From Vicugna vicugna (Eukaryota): a stretch of DNA of 64,000 nt. Position numbers and translations under genes: made by a program. Location: positions 124,001-188,000 of the forward strand of contig MU057744.1 in assembly GCA_013265495.1 (NCBI GenBank), read 5' to 3'. This document shows, one piece after another, positions 48,214-61,365 of the stretch. Every line of letters starts with the position of its first letter. The first letter of the stretch is position 1. The notes beneath the pieces were generated by a model. That model did no database searches. It was given only the letters and a program-made list of their open reading frames with translations, and was not told the DNA's origin.

Positions 48214-51200
48214 AGACAGCAAGAAAGCGAGAGTGTGTACTATACAACACTAAGGAATGAGGTATAAATCAACAAGCGATAACAGAACTGTGAGACAGTT
48301 CAAAAGAAAACTAGCCGGTTTCTTCCAATGTTTAGTTTTTAAAAATCCAATTGCTTTTTACAGTTACATATAACCAGCCATGCTGTTTCCATGGCTTCTT
48401 CATTCCTCGTGCTGTTTGATGGGATTCTAGACACAACGCTGGTTTCTCTCTCCCCATTATAAAACACGAAAATGATATAAATATGAGCACATTCAAACAA
48501 CAGTGATGCGTGTGTGGTTACTTGCTAATTTCTCCCCCTCGGTAGTCAGTGTTCCTACACTGATACTCCACGCCACTCATCTTTTCTCTCAAATTACCAG
48601 TGCAGCTTTCTTACACCTTCTAGAAGAGTTCCTCAACTTCAAATTCTAAGTGCTCTATTGAATTTCAATTTCAATGTTCAGCTCCAAGTTCTTCTTGTTC
48701 TTTGTTCTTTTCTCACTGCATGCTGTTTTGGTTTCCAGATGCTCGGTTTCTCTGAAACTACTAATAACCGCAGACGTAACTGGTTTTGCTACCTTCTTCC
48801 ATCTCTCTTCAAAGCTCATTTCTTCTGCTTGCTTTAGTTACCATCTTTCATGCTGGAGCTTTCCTTGATCATTCATACTTAAGGATGACCGACTAAAATC
48901 TGACTGGCACCACCATGTTAACAGCGTTTATCACTGGATAAGCTTTCCAACAGACAACTCATCAGATACCCAGCTTACTTGCAGGGTCTCTAGTGCCAGA
49001 ATGTGGAAGACTGTTCTCTAACCCTTTGCTAGCGATAGTCAGTCTCTTCATAAAATCTCAACCATCACCCGCCCTCTCATTCTGTTCCCAGCCTACCTCC
49101 TGCCAAGGGGGTAAAGCCCTAGTTACCCCTGTTCTACTCTCCCAGCTGGGCTCCATCTTTCTTTATATATATGCATATGCACACACGTATGCGTTCTTTT
49201 TTACTGAAGTATAGTTGATTTACAATGTTGTGTACATATGCATTCTTAACAACAATCATTTTCTACCTGGAAATATCCTAGAAATTAGATTTATTTATTT
49301 ATTTTAACAAAGATACTGGGGATTGAGCACAGGACCTCATGCATGCTAAGCACACACTCTACCACTGAGCTATACCCTCCCCCTATTTGTTAAATTTCAT
49401 TCCGCTTGAAAGATTAAGACATCATGAAAGAGATCATAACAAATGTAATCAAGATAAGCACAGTTTGGTATTCTTTACAGAACTACTCAGTATAATTTTA
49501 TAGTCTGATATTACATAATACAAACTATGCTTTACATGGCAACAGAGAAAGCGGTACCTGAAAAAAAAACAGCAATAGTACTAGAGAGTGAATATTATTA
49601 TTTTTTTAAGTTGAAGTATAGTCAGTTTACAATTGCGTCAGTTTCTGGTGTACTTAAATTTTAACTAAAATCTAATGGTGCCCTTAGATCTACTAGTAAC
49701 AGAAACACTTCCAAGCCTTAATCAACAACTGATTTTATAATAGATTTTAATAACAGATTATAATAAGAGTCAACAAAATTCTAGTTCAATTAAAAAAGAC
49801 AATTTGATAATCACTGAATTACCTTTATAAAATCTGATTTATAAAAACTAAAAACAAATGCTTGTTATGTTTACCTTGAAGTCCATTAAGGATAGAAGTG
49901 ATTTCTATGGATTTAATGTGAGCTGTGTCAGAGTTTTTGGCATCAGTTAGATCCAATTTGGACACCATTTCAGGAGATGGGTTTGTCTGAAACGGTGGTT
50001 TTGACAAGCGCCGAAGTTTACAGTTTTTAGGAGAGTACTTTTCATCTTTGTCTTTTTCTTTGTCTAATTTATTCTAGGTTAAGAAACAAAAGTATCCCAT
50101 GTCAGCCATAATTCATCATGAGGTAGCGTATTAGTAACAATGATAAAACTCGTTTTTAACTCAAAGTTACAGACTATATCATCAAACGACACAGGAAGAA
50201 AAACAAAGTCCCTTACAACAGCCCGATTTTTTTTCACGGTTATTTAACAAATACCACAGGAAGAGAAACACATTTTTCTCTAATATTTATATATTAATAG
50301 TGGAAATAAATTAGCAATAAAGTAGGCAACTAAGACTAGCAACTTTCCATACGGCCAATAGTCGTAACAGGTGCTACGAGTTCTTTAAAAGTGTATCACA
50401 ATAGGCTTACATTAAATAGTCATTTTAAAACGAAGAAACACAATTTCAACCTGGTAGTTCTAAAACCTGTAAGATTCTCAATATAAAATGTGGTTGGGAA
50501 TAACAAAGTTTCGTATGTCTGCATTCAGCTGACAGCTGGGAGTAACTCTAAACAAATGATTCGCTGTGAAGTCAAGTCAGGGGGCAGCCTTCCTGGATCA
50601 CTGATAAATTAGTAACATTTCAGGAAAAATGAGAAATGATCTCAAATTCTCTACTGAGGAACAGATCAGCAGAGGATAACTAATGATTCCTGGAAACTGT
50701 TTTTTAAATTTGTTTTTAAAATAATTGATAGAAAAAATAATTTAGACAGGCTTCTACATGATGCTGTAGACAGAGCATGACGTAGCCATGAGCAGCTCTG
50801 AAGCTGCTGCACAGACTGCAGAATCTGAGTGACTACTGTCACGGTTCTCCCCGAGACGGTGCATAGCTACTCTCATGCCGGATGTACAGCAGAGAAGTTA
50901 ATCCATTACAGACAACAGACCCTTTAGGGTAGTAGTTCTCCAAGTGTGGACCCGGGCCCAGCCACGTTAGCATCTCTGGTCATTTGTCAGAAATGAAAAC
51001 TGGAGCCAGACTCGGATCTAGTGAATGGAAGTGCTGGGGACGGTGCCAAGCGATCCGAGTTTGAGCAAGTCCTCCAGGTGACCGTGACACGTGCTTGAGT
51101 GTGAGGCCCACTGACTCAGAGCATCGGGGCTGAATTCCCTGAATGCACTGAGAAGGCGTACATGCAGGGAGACTACCAAAACCTATCAACGGTTAGCGGT

Positions 51201-52667
51201 GATCTAGTTTTTCTATTCTTGCCAGTCTTTTCATCACGTCACCGCCTTATACCAGAGCTCATAATACACCATCCACTCTGAAGGCAGAAATAGTCTATCC
51301 CACACGAGGTTCAAACGTGGCTTTTAACGACCGTCACAGGACAGCCTTAGAAACAGTGCTTCTCAGAGTCAGATGAGATCGAGGGAGGGGCATCCAATAT
51401 TATATATTTTGTACGAAGCTTTTTCAAAATTCACATCCTTCTTTCCTCATTACCAGGAATTTTAAATGCTTGGGATGGGCCAAGAACTAAACTGAGAGCC
51501 AAATAATTATTTAGAAAAAACTCTCCAAGTAATATTCTAGTATTGCTGCTCCCAACCCTGCCCGACCCCCTACCTGAGAAACACCACCCCGAAAACCTGC
51601 TCTGAGTAAGGAAACTGGCTTTTTAGTGCCACGCACACAAAACCCTTCTAGTAGCTCAAAGCCATGCTAAATACAGCGTGCGTGCCATACTGCCCATAAA
51701 GACCAAGACTGGGGATGAAAAGGAGGCTGAACAGCCCTGGGCTGTAGCTGCCAGGCTGCTAAGCCAAACTTCAAAAACACGGACTCAGTTCCACAGTGCA
51801 AAAGGATAATCACTTTAGAGGGAAACTTGAAGTATTTAGGGTCATTAGGGTATCACTCTTCAGGAAAGTAAATAGCTCTTCATTTTTAATGTTAAAATTC
51901 ATTTTCTGGAGAACTATTAAAGACCTCAACTATACATATCATTCAAACTATTAAAAAGATAAAAAGATAAAAAATATCCTAAAATCTAGTTAATGATCTA
52001 CTTTATAATAAAACATTAAAAAGATTTAGTCTTAGAATGAATAAGAGTAACTCTGTCATACACAGAAGAAACACTCCTTTCCACACCAGCTCATTAACAG
52101 ACCCCTACAGCTCCTCTGTGGGGGACGCCTAGCAGGTCCTGTGAACGTGTTCTAAGCCACAGCCACATAAGCTGCGAGACAGAGAGAGAAGGAGAAGAAA
52201 AGAAGAGCTGCAGACAGGCCCTTCCCTGCCCTCAGACACCTCTTCCTTCTCTGGACTGTTCAAGGCTATGGCAGGAAGCCCAGGGCTGCTGGCTGGAGAC
52301 CAGCAGTGCAGGGAACGGCTGACACGGGGAAGGGCCACCTGGCTGAGTGGCTCAGACAACGCAGGAACAAGGAGGCCTCAAAGATCATTTAGTGCCGTTT
52401 TCAAATTGCCTTTCCACAAGCTGACAGTATGAGCTGGACCCACACCTAGCATTTGATACATTTGCTATTTCAAGAGAATATTTCCAACTCTAGTAATGCT
52501 AAGGTACACACACTTAATACATCACTTGGGAGGAAAATTTCTTTAATTAAGAGCCATGATGTACAGCAAAGCAGGCGCTTACCTTTATTTTCTTCCGATG
52601 TTTTATCTTTGGCACATTTTTATCAGCAGGTCTTACTATTTTATCTGCTTTAATCCATTCATCATAC
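34623..52667 (-). CDS. ARID4B: AT-rich interactive domain 4B (SAP180/RBP1L1), 3' part of CDS: last seven coding exons, about 700 C-terminal residues; 5' exons are outside the window
   Basis: Exons of 85+199+1215+114+216+147+128 nt in consistent phase; chromobarrel end [34 protein letters not shown], coiled coil [39 protein letters not shown]-terminus [10 protein letters not shown]. Confidence 0.97.
35497..35850. mobile_element. MER58A-like hAT-Charlie element interrupted by an L1 3' end (about 35682-35830, + strand)
   Basis: cagggactggccaa...ggggccagatctggcctgcc...tggaacacagctatgcccatttgtt...gccacaaagcccaaaatacttactagctgcccctacagaaa [L1: taatggaaaagaa...tttgctgtacacctgaaactaacactgtaaatcaa, poly(A)] gaaaatgtttgcaacccttg. 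Confidence 0.75.
37546..37763. mobile_element. MER20 (hAT-Charlie) relic
   Basis: gttctccacctgcgtgattctgccc...ggttgtcacaac...catccagtaggtacaggccagagaggctg...caaagaattatctggcccaaatgtca. Confidence 0.75.
37803..38125 (+). mobile_element. MaLR LTR (MLT1A/B-like)
   Basis: tgaagccctaattcccagtgtgataggatttggag...gggaggtgattaaggttaaatgaaatcataagggtggggccctaatccaa...tgtcctcatcagaagaggaagaga. Confidence 0.75.
38936..39082 (-). CDS. ARID4B: ARID4B exon (approx. human exon 23), C-terminal coiled coil
   Basis: attcacag| [18 protein letters not shown]...RLKKKERE |gtaggt. Confidence 0.96.
39986..40201 (-). CDS. ARID4B: ARID4B exon (approx. human exon 22)
   Basis: ctttcag| [13 protein letters not shown]...[11 protein letters not shown] |gtaagt. 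Confidence 0.95.
42364..42477 (-). CDS. ARID4B: ARID4B exon (approx. human exon 21)
   Basis: cccatcaaag| [37 protein letters not shown] |gtaagt. Confidence 0.93.
44176..44252 (-). mobile_element. tRNA-Ala-derived SINE
   Basis: gtactggggattgaacccagaatctcatgcatactaagcgtgtgctctgccac. Confidence 0.82.
45263..46477 (-). CDS. ARID4B: ARID4B large exon (approx. human exon 20), 1215 nt
   Basis: ttttccag| [11 protein letters not shown]...EPEHPEK |gtgggg; lies within the 459-aa ORF 45168-46547. Confidence 0.95.
47950..48900 (-). mobile_element. Ancient HAL1/L1 ORF1-like relic
   Basis: T-rich antisense tract aatttcataactctatggcttgg...acttggtgggctctttccattt...cagttctgaaaatacttcct resembles HAL1; highly degenerate. 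Confidence 0.45.
48181..48210. repeat. (TG)15 microsatellite
   Basis: 15 perfect TG units. Confidence 0.97.
49289..49383 (-). mobile_element. tRNA-Ala-derived SINE
   Basis: (ttta)n tail, then tactggggattgagcacaggacctcatgcatgctaagcacacactctaccactgagctataccctccccc. Confidence 0.88.
49875..50073 (-). CDS. ARID4B: ARID4B exon (approx. human exon 19)
   Basis: aacctag| [40 protein letters not shown]...ILNGLQ |gtaaac. Confidence 0.95.
50930..51113. mobile_element. MER5A hAT-Charlie relic
   Basis: gtagttctccaagtgtggacccgggcccagc...ttgtcagaaatg...caagtcctccaggtgacc...gtgtgaggcccactg, full-length layout with terminal motifs. Confidence 0.7.
52583..52667 (-). CDS. ARID4B: ARID4B exon (approx. human exon 18), end of chromo-barrel domain
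   Basis: aattttag| [28 protein letters not shown] |gtaagc. Confidence 0.95.
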
Positions 52668-55600
52668 CTAAAATTGAAGGAAATGAATATAAATAGAAGT
52701 AACTATGCCGCATTCACGAGAAACTCATAAATAGAATCATAACATTCAGAACTGGACAGGATGTTGGAGGTCATTTTGCTCAACTTCCTCGTTCAAGGAA
52801 TAAAGCCACCAAGGCCCAAAGAGAACGAAGGAGTGACCTGTCCAAGGACACAGTCAGCCACTGGCTGAGCTGCAACTCGGCACATCTCTGCACTCCCAGA
52901 CCAGCACTCCTTCCTCTGCTCCACCAGAGAGAAACCAAATCTCTAAGTAACTATCAAGAGAAATCACAGTATTTTCTATACTTCTTTGTTCACTTTGTTT
53001 TGTTCTTAAGCAGAAGTAGTTGACTTTTTTCTAAACATATCAGGAAGCTCAGGGAAAGCATGGCTCTGCCAAGTTCTCAGTCTCCTGTAATGTTTCCTGC
53101 GTGTATGGAAGGACAGTCCGCCTGCCTGTACAGGGTGCAAGGTACTACTGACTGCAATAAATCTGTTCGGTTCAAGCAAAAACACTGACAGTTTATTTCT
53201 GTAAAAATTCAGCTAGAAAGAAGAAACGTTAAAAACTAATTTCTTTTTATGTTCAAAAGTTTTATACATTTATTCTGGAAAATGGAAAACTTACCGACAT
53301 TTTTAACTCAAGAACGTGAGCAACTGAAAATGAGGTTCTAAATTAAAATGTCCTTGTTACTAGAGGTACTAACTGAAGTAACAGAGAGCCCCAGCCAGGA
53401 GGTGAATGACTGGGTCCCACCTGACTAACAGCTACATCCCTGCTCTAGGTGGGCCTGGAGGGTGTATATATATAAACTCCCGCGGGCTGCGGCAAAACTG
53501 CGGGCTCACCCCCATGCAACAGGCTGTGTCTGCAGCTGCAGGAAACTGCTGAGGGCCACGGTGATAATTAGAACGAGGAAAGAATGGAATGAGTTCTAGA
53601 AAAGTCTTTCCATAAGCCCTGCTAACCAGTTATGTGGCCCTGGTCAGACTTAGTTCATTCTGTATAAAAAAAGACACACTAAAAAGGTTAAAAAAAAAAA
53701 AAAAAAAAGACTGCACATCACATATGGCTTTTTGAGGATCGACTATGTGATGAGTACTGTGAAATGTTTGAAGACAACTTTATTCTTCTACTAAACACAA
53801 CCTTTGATATTTATGCTGACACATAGTAGCTACCTGTATGTTTACAGTACTTTTAATTTTCCCATTAATACAGAAAATTGTACTATGCTTGAGAAGAAAG
53901 CAATTTACTTCCTTCCAAAATTGGAGTGAAGGCGAAGAAAGAACAGAAAACATCTCCACCCTCCACACAAAGCTGAATGTGAACTTCTAGAAGCTGCTCT
54001 CATTTGAATATAGTTATGTAAATCAATGCGATATACTTCGTTTAAAAGAAAACAAAACAAGCTTTCTATTTTCTTATGAGATAAATTAAAAATAGTTCAT
54101 TAAGGTCACATGTAACATCAACAAAAGCTAAACGAGCATGTGACAGTTTTTTACCTTTACCTAAGACTATCTGTTGTATGGCTAGTTTTGTAATACTAGA
54201 CATTTCTACTTACCAGTAAGATTGCTACTCAATTCACCTTGGACTTCTGACATTAACAGATTTCAAATTAGGTTAAAACAGTAGCTTTCAATGTAAGAAT
54301 TATCACCAAAATATTTTACACTTGTGTATTTTACAAGGAGCATCAAACAAGCAAAAAATAGTTACTGTCTTTATAATTAAAATGTTCATTGTAATAGAGG
54401 AAGATTTCTTTCTGATGCAGAAATAATGTATGTTACTTGAATTCTCTTAGGAAGCAAGGTACATAAATAAAAGTATGTCTACTCCGTATGGCAAGGCTGA
54501 CGCTCACTGCCTGAGCTCCACCAGAGCACAGGTGCTGCGTGCTAAGCACGCGCTCCTCCATCCAGTTACACACGCAGGACGCTACGAGAGGGCCGACTAT
54601 CTGAAGGACGTAAGTAGTGAGTCTGTGGGTGGAAAGAGTGTTGGGCCAGGCAGGAAAAAAGAGACATTCCAGAATTAGAAGAAACAAACTAAATACACTT
54701 CTGAAATATTTGAATAGTAGTAATTAAACACTGTGGTCTTACTGTCTGGATAACAATTTTGTTTTAAATTACTGAATATTCTGTATGATTTTAGAAGACT
54801 CCTTGGGAAATTCTTTAGATATGTTTCCTACTAGAGTAATTAATTACATGGTAACTTATGGTTCTTAAGTATCAATTAATATTCTATTATGACTCCTTTA
54901 TTATTTGCCTCTTTCTATTCTACTTTCTCAGTGCTGGTTGGTTGTTCAGGTATTCCCTTGTTCTGATACTAGTTTTATATTTTTTCTCAGCCAGATTAAT
55001 GCTCTCTTTGCATAAAATGTAGTAACAAAATATTGTTAATGTTGTAAGTAATACTGTTTAGAACTAGAACATGACTTAGAAATCTATCGAATTCATTTCA
55101 GAACGGGAAGCGGACTGCCTGTTAAAAGAAATACTAGAATGACGGCAGAGGGCACGCCAGGTCCCACCCAGGGTAAGCACAGAGAAGAGGCCAGACCAGC
55201 AGCTGAAAAGGCCGCACTAAGAAAGCACAGGAGGAACCAACCCACGATGAGAGGGAACGGTGAACACAATGTGTGAGAATTTTGGTTCAGGAAGCCTTTT
55301 CAAATTATAAATGTCCTTATCAAATAGAGATTGAGAAGACTAACGTAAACATTAACAAATATTTCAAAATGTAATGAGGTTCTAAATGGCACTTTACGTG
55401 GCTGATTAATCTTATAAGGAAAAAAAAGATGATCAGAAAATAAACTGACAGCTATATATAACTGATCTTTCTATTTTGAAGTTAGGAAATGCTCTTTTCC
55501 TTTATGTAATTACTCATTAGAGTATTATTCAAGAGTTCTATTTTCTTTACAGAATAGTTTCAAAGAATAGGAAGAAGAAAAACAAAAATTCATGTGGGCA

Positions 55601-58600
55601 AAAAACAAACTGATATCCCCCCAAAATTCAACGTTTCCTACTAACACTAAATTATGTAAGAAAGAGCTAGGTTAACTTAATTTTTATTTTACTAGTGCTT
55701 GTTGATTTAAATAAAGGAGGTAGTATTAGGGGGCCAAGAACTCTGATTCCCTGTCCAATACAGAGAATAAAGACCTCAATGAAGGGAACTTAGTTCAGAA
55801 CTACAAAAAAGGCCGCCATTGATTCGGTACATTTTATATAAACTTAGACTTTTTGTGTAACATATTTAACATTAGAAAGAGACTACAACACATTTACTTT
55901 GGGCATAAGAAAGTAGTCAAAGAAGATAAAAAAACGGGAAAATTAGCTCAAATTCACATATTTTGAATACAATAAAAATGGAAATTACTGGGAAGTGGCA
56001 AAGAGGAGAAAATTGCAGCTGAAAAGCAGAAGACCATGAAATATTTCTCAATTTCCCCTTGGGTACCATACCAAGTGAAATATCCATTCATACTTTAAAA
56101 TACATTCTTAACGAATACAAGGATTTTAATGACTAAGTCAAATATAAGTTTTTTGTTTTTAAAATGCTTCCATCTTTTTCTCAAACATCCCCCAATTCAG
56201 GGATCTGCTGTCCACCCTTAGCTGTAAGACCATCCCTGCACAGGGGCTCGGCAATAGCCTGGATTCTGCTTTAAGCATCACACAGGGAATCAAGACAACA
56301 GAATGCATGTTTTGATGGAGTCTCTCTACTGTGTCGGAAGAACACTACCCAACAGCTATTTAGGAAGCATTCAAAGAAACAACTTTATTGTTAACTAGAT
56401 TTCTCTAAAGGGTGACAGGCCTGTTGCTGTTAGCTATCATGTCTTGTGATAATGTAACTTGAAAACTAGGAGAAAAATTTGAGCAGAAAAATTTGAACAA
56501 AGTGATTGGCCTATGAACATAATGACTTGCAACTTTAAATCCAAGCAACAGAGTTTTATGAGAATGTCTGAGGAAAATGAGGTAGTGGGGATGACTGATA
56601 TAAACTATACTGCCTTTAATTGGACTTTAAATTTAGAAATTATGATCAGAAGAGAGGACTTGGTCTCTTTGTGACATAAGGAAATATAGTTTGCCAGAGC
56701 ACAAGGAAAAGAGGATTACTAAATTCTTCCATTTAAAAATAAATATTAAAAAAAAGGAAAACAAATATTGAAACAAATATTAACAAATACTGAGGTAGAA
56801 AATTAAGATTAAGTCTATTAGTGAGTACACTTTTCCAATTCAGTTATCAATAAATTCATTGTAATTAATGCATGGAGTCTAGACAAGTATCTGATATTTA
56901 AGTGAAGTACTAAGGGAAACATTTTAAAAGTATATACATGACTTATGTGAGAATATTCCATCAAGATCATCTAACATCCAAGTAATGGAGCAGCAGGAAA
57001 GAACAGATGCATGGGCACCTCATTAAACTCTAAGGGTCTGCTTCCTGACCTCATAAAATGAAGCCGGTGGACCAGATGATCCCCAAATTTAAAAAACTAT
57101 ATGAAGAGTCTGCTCAAGGGCTCATTCATTTGACAAACAGGCCTTAGGTCCCTGTCCTGGGGCAGGCTCTGCGCTGGGCGCTGGGGACCAAGCCTCACAG
57201 CTCCCACACTGGTGCGGACCATTAAGCAGAAGACAGCTCTCATCAGTAATTACAGAAGTACCAATACAAACCTTCCAAACCTTTCCAAAAAAGCAGCTAT
57301 GTCAATATTTGAAATTTCAAGTGCTGAATTAAAATATTTACACAAAGCGAAAAGGAACCATTCAGAGACCACAGCACACTTGCTCTCACCAGAGAAAAAC
57401 AGAGCTAACAAGAAAGCTTTATGAGTTTTGTTTGGATGTGTTGGCAAATCATCTAAGAAATCCATTAGCAACAATAAAAATGGAAAAGAACATTAGTCAA
57501 CCACATGTAAGACACCAAAATGGTTACTGTGCCCACATCAGTTCAGATTTTGGTTACGCATAAACCCAACTAAACCACTTTCAAAGAAAAATTATCAGCC
57601 ATGTATTAGTACATACCCAAAAGATATACTCTCAGAGGCTTAAAAAAACAATATTACATGCAGAATAAAAATACTGTACAAATGACTTCATAAACAAAAC
57701 CAAACAGTAAAAACTCACTATTGAAAATATGCATATAGATTATAAAATGATAAAATCTAATAACTAACCATTAATATAAGTAAAATACTAAAATCACTTG
57801 TATTTTGTTTTCCATAATGGATACACTCATTTAATAGTTGCTTAACAATATGTATCTTATATCTTACCTACCTATACACAAAAAGGTTAATACATGTCAT
57901 AAAACTAACTAAGCTTTAAAAAACCTCACATCTAGAGTGGAAACTTAGGCTCTCTTAGCAAGGAAAGAAATTTTCCCCCCTTAATTAAGAAAATATGAGG
58001 GGAAAATATGACAATGTCGTAGAAACAAGAGCCCGTCACAGTAAAAAGCAGCACTAGTTACTATCAGCCCTGAAACTTAGAAGCAGTTCAGTCAATATTT
58101 ACCCACTTTATGAATTTTCTATAATAATCTGTTTACATATTTTTAATGAGAGAATTTCTAAAGCAAAACTTACAAACAGACCTAATGAATACAATTTGAA
58201 GCTTTTAGTCACGTGCTTAAGATAAAACAAAAATAAAAGCACTGTATTATTGAAAAATAATATTCTAAGCATACCATTAACATTGCATATTTCCACTTCA
58301 TATAACACTCAAATACATATCAAAGACACAGGAGTAGTGTTTATCATAATAAGGAATATAACAGGAGAATGACAGGAACATGAATACTAGAGCATAACCA
58401 TATTAAAGTTTTGACACAACCAGGCCAAGAGAATGGTGTTGTAATCACACTGATCAGTTTTCCTAGAGGACTGAACTGTCTAAAAGGAGACAAAGACTAG
58501 GTCTTTAGGCAGAGGCAGTATACAATGCTAAGAAAACCACACAGGGTCCTGTTCCAGGCCTAGAGACAACTGCAAATGCCTAACAACTGTGGCACTCGCT

Positions 58601-59524
58601 GTATTTTGTGAGGCAGATACTTTTAAAAGTGCCCCAAAAGTTTATTAATATTTGATAAGCTTAGGGGATTAGTATTTTTTGTGCATGTAGACAAACATAC
58701 TGATGCACCTGCCACTCTACAAAACCACAACATGGAACAGATCCAAGTTATACTTTACATTAAGTGTACCTGCCAATGTACAAAAAAATACGTAACGGAC
58801 AGGCCTAGTGTAGTGAACACCCTAAGCTGTTTACAGGAAGAGAGGAAAAAAGAAAACCCATCTGAGTGCAAAAATACTTGAGTTATTCATCTTTTCCATG
58901 AAGAAAATGTTTAGCTTGCACTGAAAAAACTAGTTAATTAAAAAGTCATTTTTAAAATAAAAATTATTTTCATGTTCACCTTATTCACTGCTCATAAGTT
59001 TTGGTTTAAATATAAATATGTAGGACTGTTTGATACAAAGCTTTTGCATGCTGCAAAAGAATTCTTCACATGAGCAATAAGATACAGTCCTTTCATTTTC
59101 ACAGTAGTTTTTAATTTCAATATGCTTTATGTCATAAACATAAGTGAACAGGCCAGGAGTCTGTGACAGAAGGGCTAAAAGAGGCGAGAGTCTGGAGATG
59201 CCAGCGAGGTATCGTGAAAAGAGCAGCACACAGGAGGAGGGCGTGCAAAGGGAACAGGAAGGCTTGGTGAAAAGGAGATGGGACAATGTTCCTCTTCTCC
59301 TCCTAAAACGGGCTTACAGACATTTACTTGGAAACCATGGTCAAATGGCTTCATTTATACTTCTTTAACTTTCCTAGAAGACCTAGCTTTCCTTTCTATC
59401 ATGACCAGAATAATTATTTCAAAGCACGTGAGTAGAACAACTTCATACTCTTATCAATATTCCTAAGTCCAATGGTGTGGACAGTGAAAGTATGGTAGGA
59501 AAGGAATAAAGAAATGTATGCCTG

Positions 59525-59865
59525 CACATTTTCTAGGATACAATACCAAACCCACGAGCAACAAAGAAAAAAATAAACGGGACCATTTCAAAATTAAAAA
59601 TTTTATACAGCAAAAGACACTATCAAGAGTGAAAAGATACACAAACAAGCACATGACATGACGCTTGGCGTCACTAGTTATTAGCGAAATGCACACCAAA
59701 ACCACGATGAGATAACCTAGGTGAGCTGGGATAAACATTTTTTCAAAACAGAAAGTAACAAATGTTGGCAAGAATATGGAGAAATTGGAACCCTAACACC
59801 TTGTTGGTAAGAATGTAAAACGGTGCAGCCTCTGTGGAAAAGAGTTTGCTCCTCAAAAAGTTGAA
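59525..59865 (+). mobile_element. Old LINE-1 ORF2 3' fragment
   Basis: aaaattaaaaattttatacagcaaaagacactatcaagagtgaaaaga...attagcgaaatgcacaccaaaaccacgatgagata...aatgttggcaagaatatggagaaattggaaccct...gaatgtaaaacggtgcagcctctgtggaaaa. Confidence 0.8.
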
Positions 59866-60451
59866 GAGTCAGCATGTAAGAAACAACAGAGAAGTAACAG
59901 AGAAGACGCTCCAGGCCACAGCCGTCCCAACCCCCACCAGCCTCCTCACCCCACAGGTCCCACTTCTGTACACTGTCCCTTTCACTCGGATTTCAACTTC
60001 TGCTCTACTTCCACTCTGCTGCCAGGAGGAGGTCCAATTTAGTTCAATATTCATTTCATAGTTACCACATGCCAGGCACATTCATAATATTCTAGATATG
60101 GTAAGGGATATCAATGGAAAGAATATGAAACTGGGATTTTTTTTAATGTTTTAAAAATGCACTTTTGTAATGGAAAGTAATGGAATCCTGATGTAGAAAG
60201 CTTAAACACTGAAAAAATCTACCCACAGTCCTAGATGGAAGTTATATTCCAGGAGCTCAAATTCCTTTGGCTCCAAAAAATAATTTAGAAAAATTCAGTA
60301 TCAGAAAAGGAACTCAAATTAGGGGGAAAATAGGAATAGAATGTAAAACAAGTTAAAATGGATACCAGAAAGAATAAAAGAAGGAAACAGTCAGAAGGCA
60401 GAAAACACATAAATACAAGACAGAATAACTGAGGGATGGCTTCTTAATTTT

Positions 60452-60593
60452 GAGAAAAGAAAAGAAAAGAGAGGAGAGGAGAGGAGAGGAGAGGAGAGGA
60501 GAGGAGAGGAGAGGAGAGGAGTAGGGAAGGGAAGAAAAGAAAAGAAAAGAAAAGAAAAGAAAGGAAAAGAAAAAAGAAAAGAGAAAAGAAAAA
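60452..60593. repeat. Compound purine pentanucleotide microsatellite (GAAAA)n(GAGAG)n(GAAAA)n
   Basis: About 140 nt of purines with a single T interruption at 60522. Confidence 0.95.
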
Positions 60594-61224
60594 TACAGTT
60601 GCAGCGCCAGCAGCTGGAACCCAGGAGATAAGTACCACAGGAGGCGCGATCACTGGATGAAAGATGAAGGTGAGGCAAGTGAAAAGAAGCCAAGAAATAA
60701 GGGCGGAATTCAGCCCGCTGGGGTCACTGGTGGTTCTGGAGGTGTGGTGGGGGCAAAAGTCTTACTGGCTTGGGTTTACCCAAAAACAACCGGAGAGAAG
60801 CTGGATATCAAGTGTAGGTCACGCCAATCATTTCTGCTGCAAATAGAGCAAGGAAACGGCATAGTAGGGAAAGCAGGGGACGCGCAAACGAGCCGTCTTT
60901 GACACGGGAGAAGCGACTGCAGGTCTGCACGTGGATGGGAAAGGCTAGGAGAGAGAGAGAAGCGGGGAGAATTCCTGGGTGCATATCCCTGATTTAGGCA
61001 AGAAGGTATGGAGGTGAGAAGGCGGGTCCTAGGCAGCAGCATGCTCGTCCACCAAGGGCCAAAGATGAGAGGGCAGAGAACCTGGCAGCGGATGCAGGCA
61101 AGAAGGCCAAGCAGTGGAATTCTGTAAGAATTCTCTCGTTTCAATTTTTCAAAGAGGTCACCAGCTGAAAGTGAGGATGTGGAAGAGCTGCTGGGGATTT
61201 GAGGAGATAAGACACAGTAAGAGA

Positions 61225-61365
61225 AAAAGGAAAAAATCCTATAGTGATGTGTTAACTAGACTCATTGTGGTGATCATTTTGCAACATACACAAATATCAA
61301 ATCATTACATTATATACCTGGAACTAATATAATATTTCATATTAATTAGACTGCAAATAAAAATT
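61225..61365 (+). mobile_element. LINE-1 3' end fragment
   Basis: gttaactagactcattgtggtgatcattttgcaacatacacaaatatcaaatcattacattatatacctggaactaatataat...aataaaaa. Confidence 0.75.

Noticed and set aside
56759..56791. Three tandem aacaaataYt units resembling forkhead sites
   Set aside because: Short A-rich slippage repeat with no supporting context
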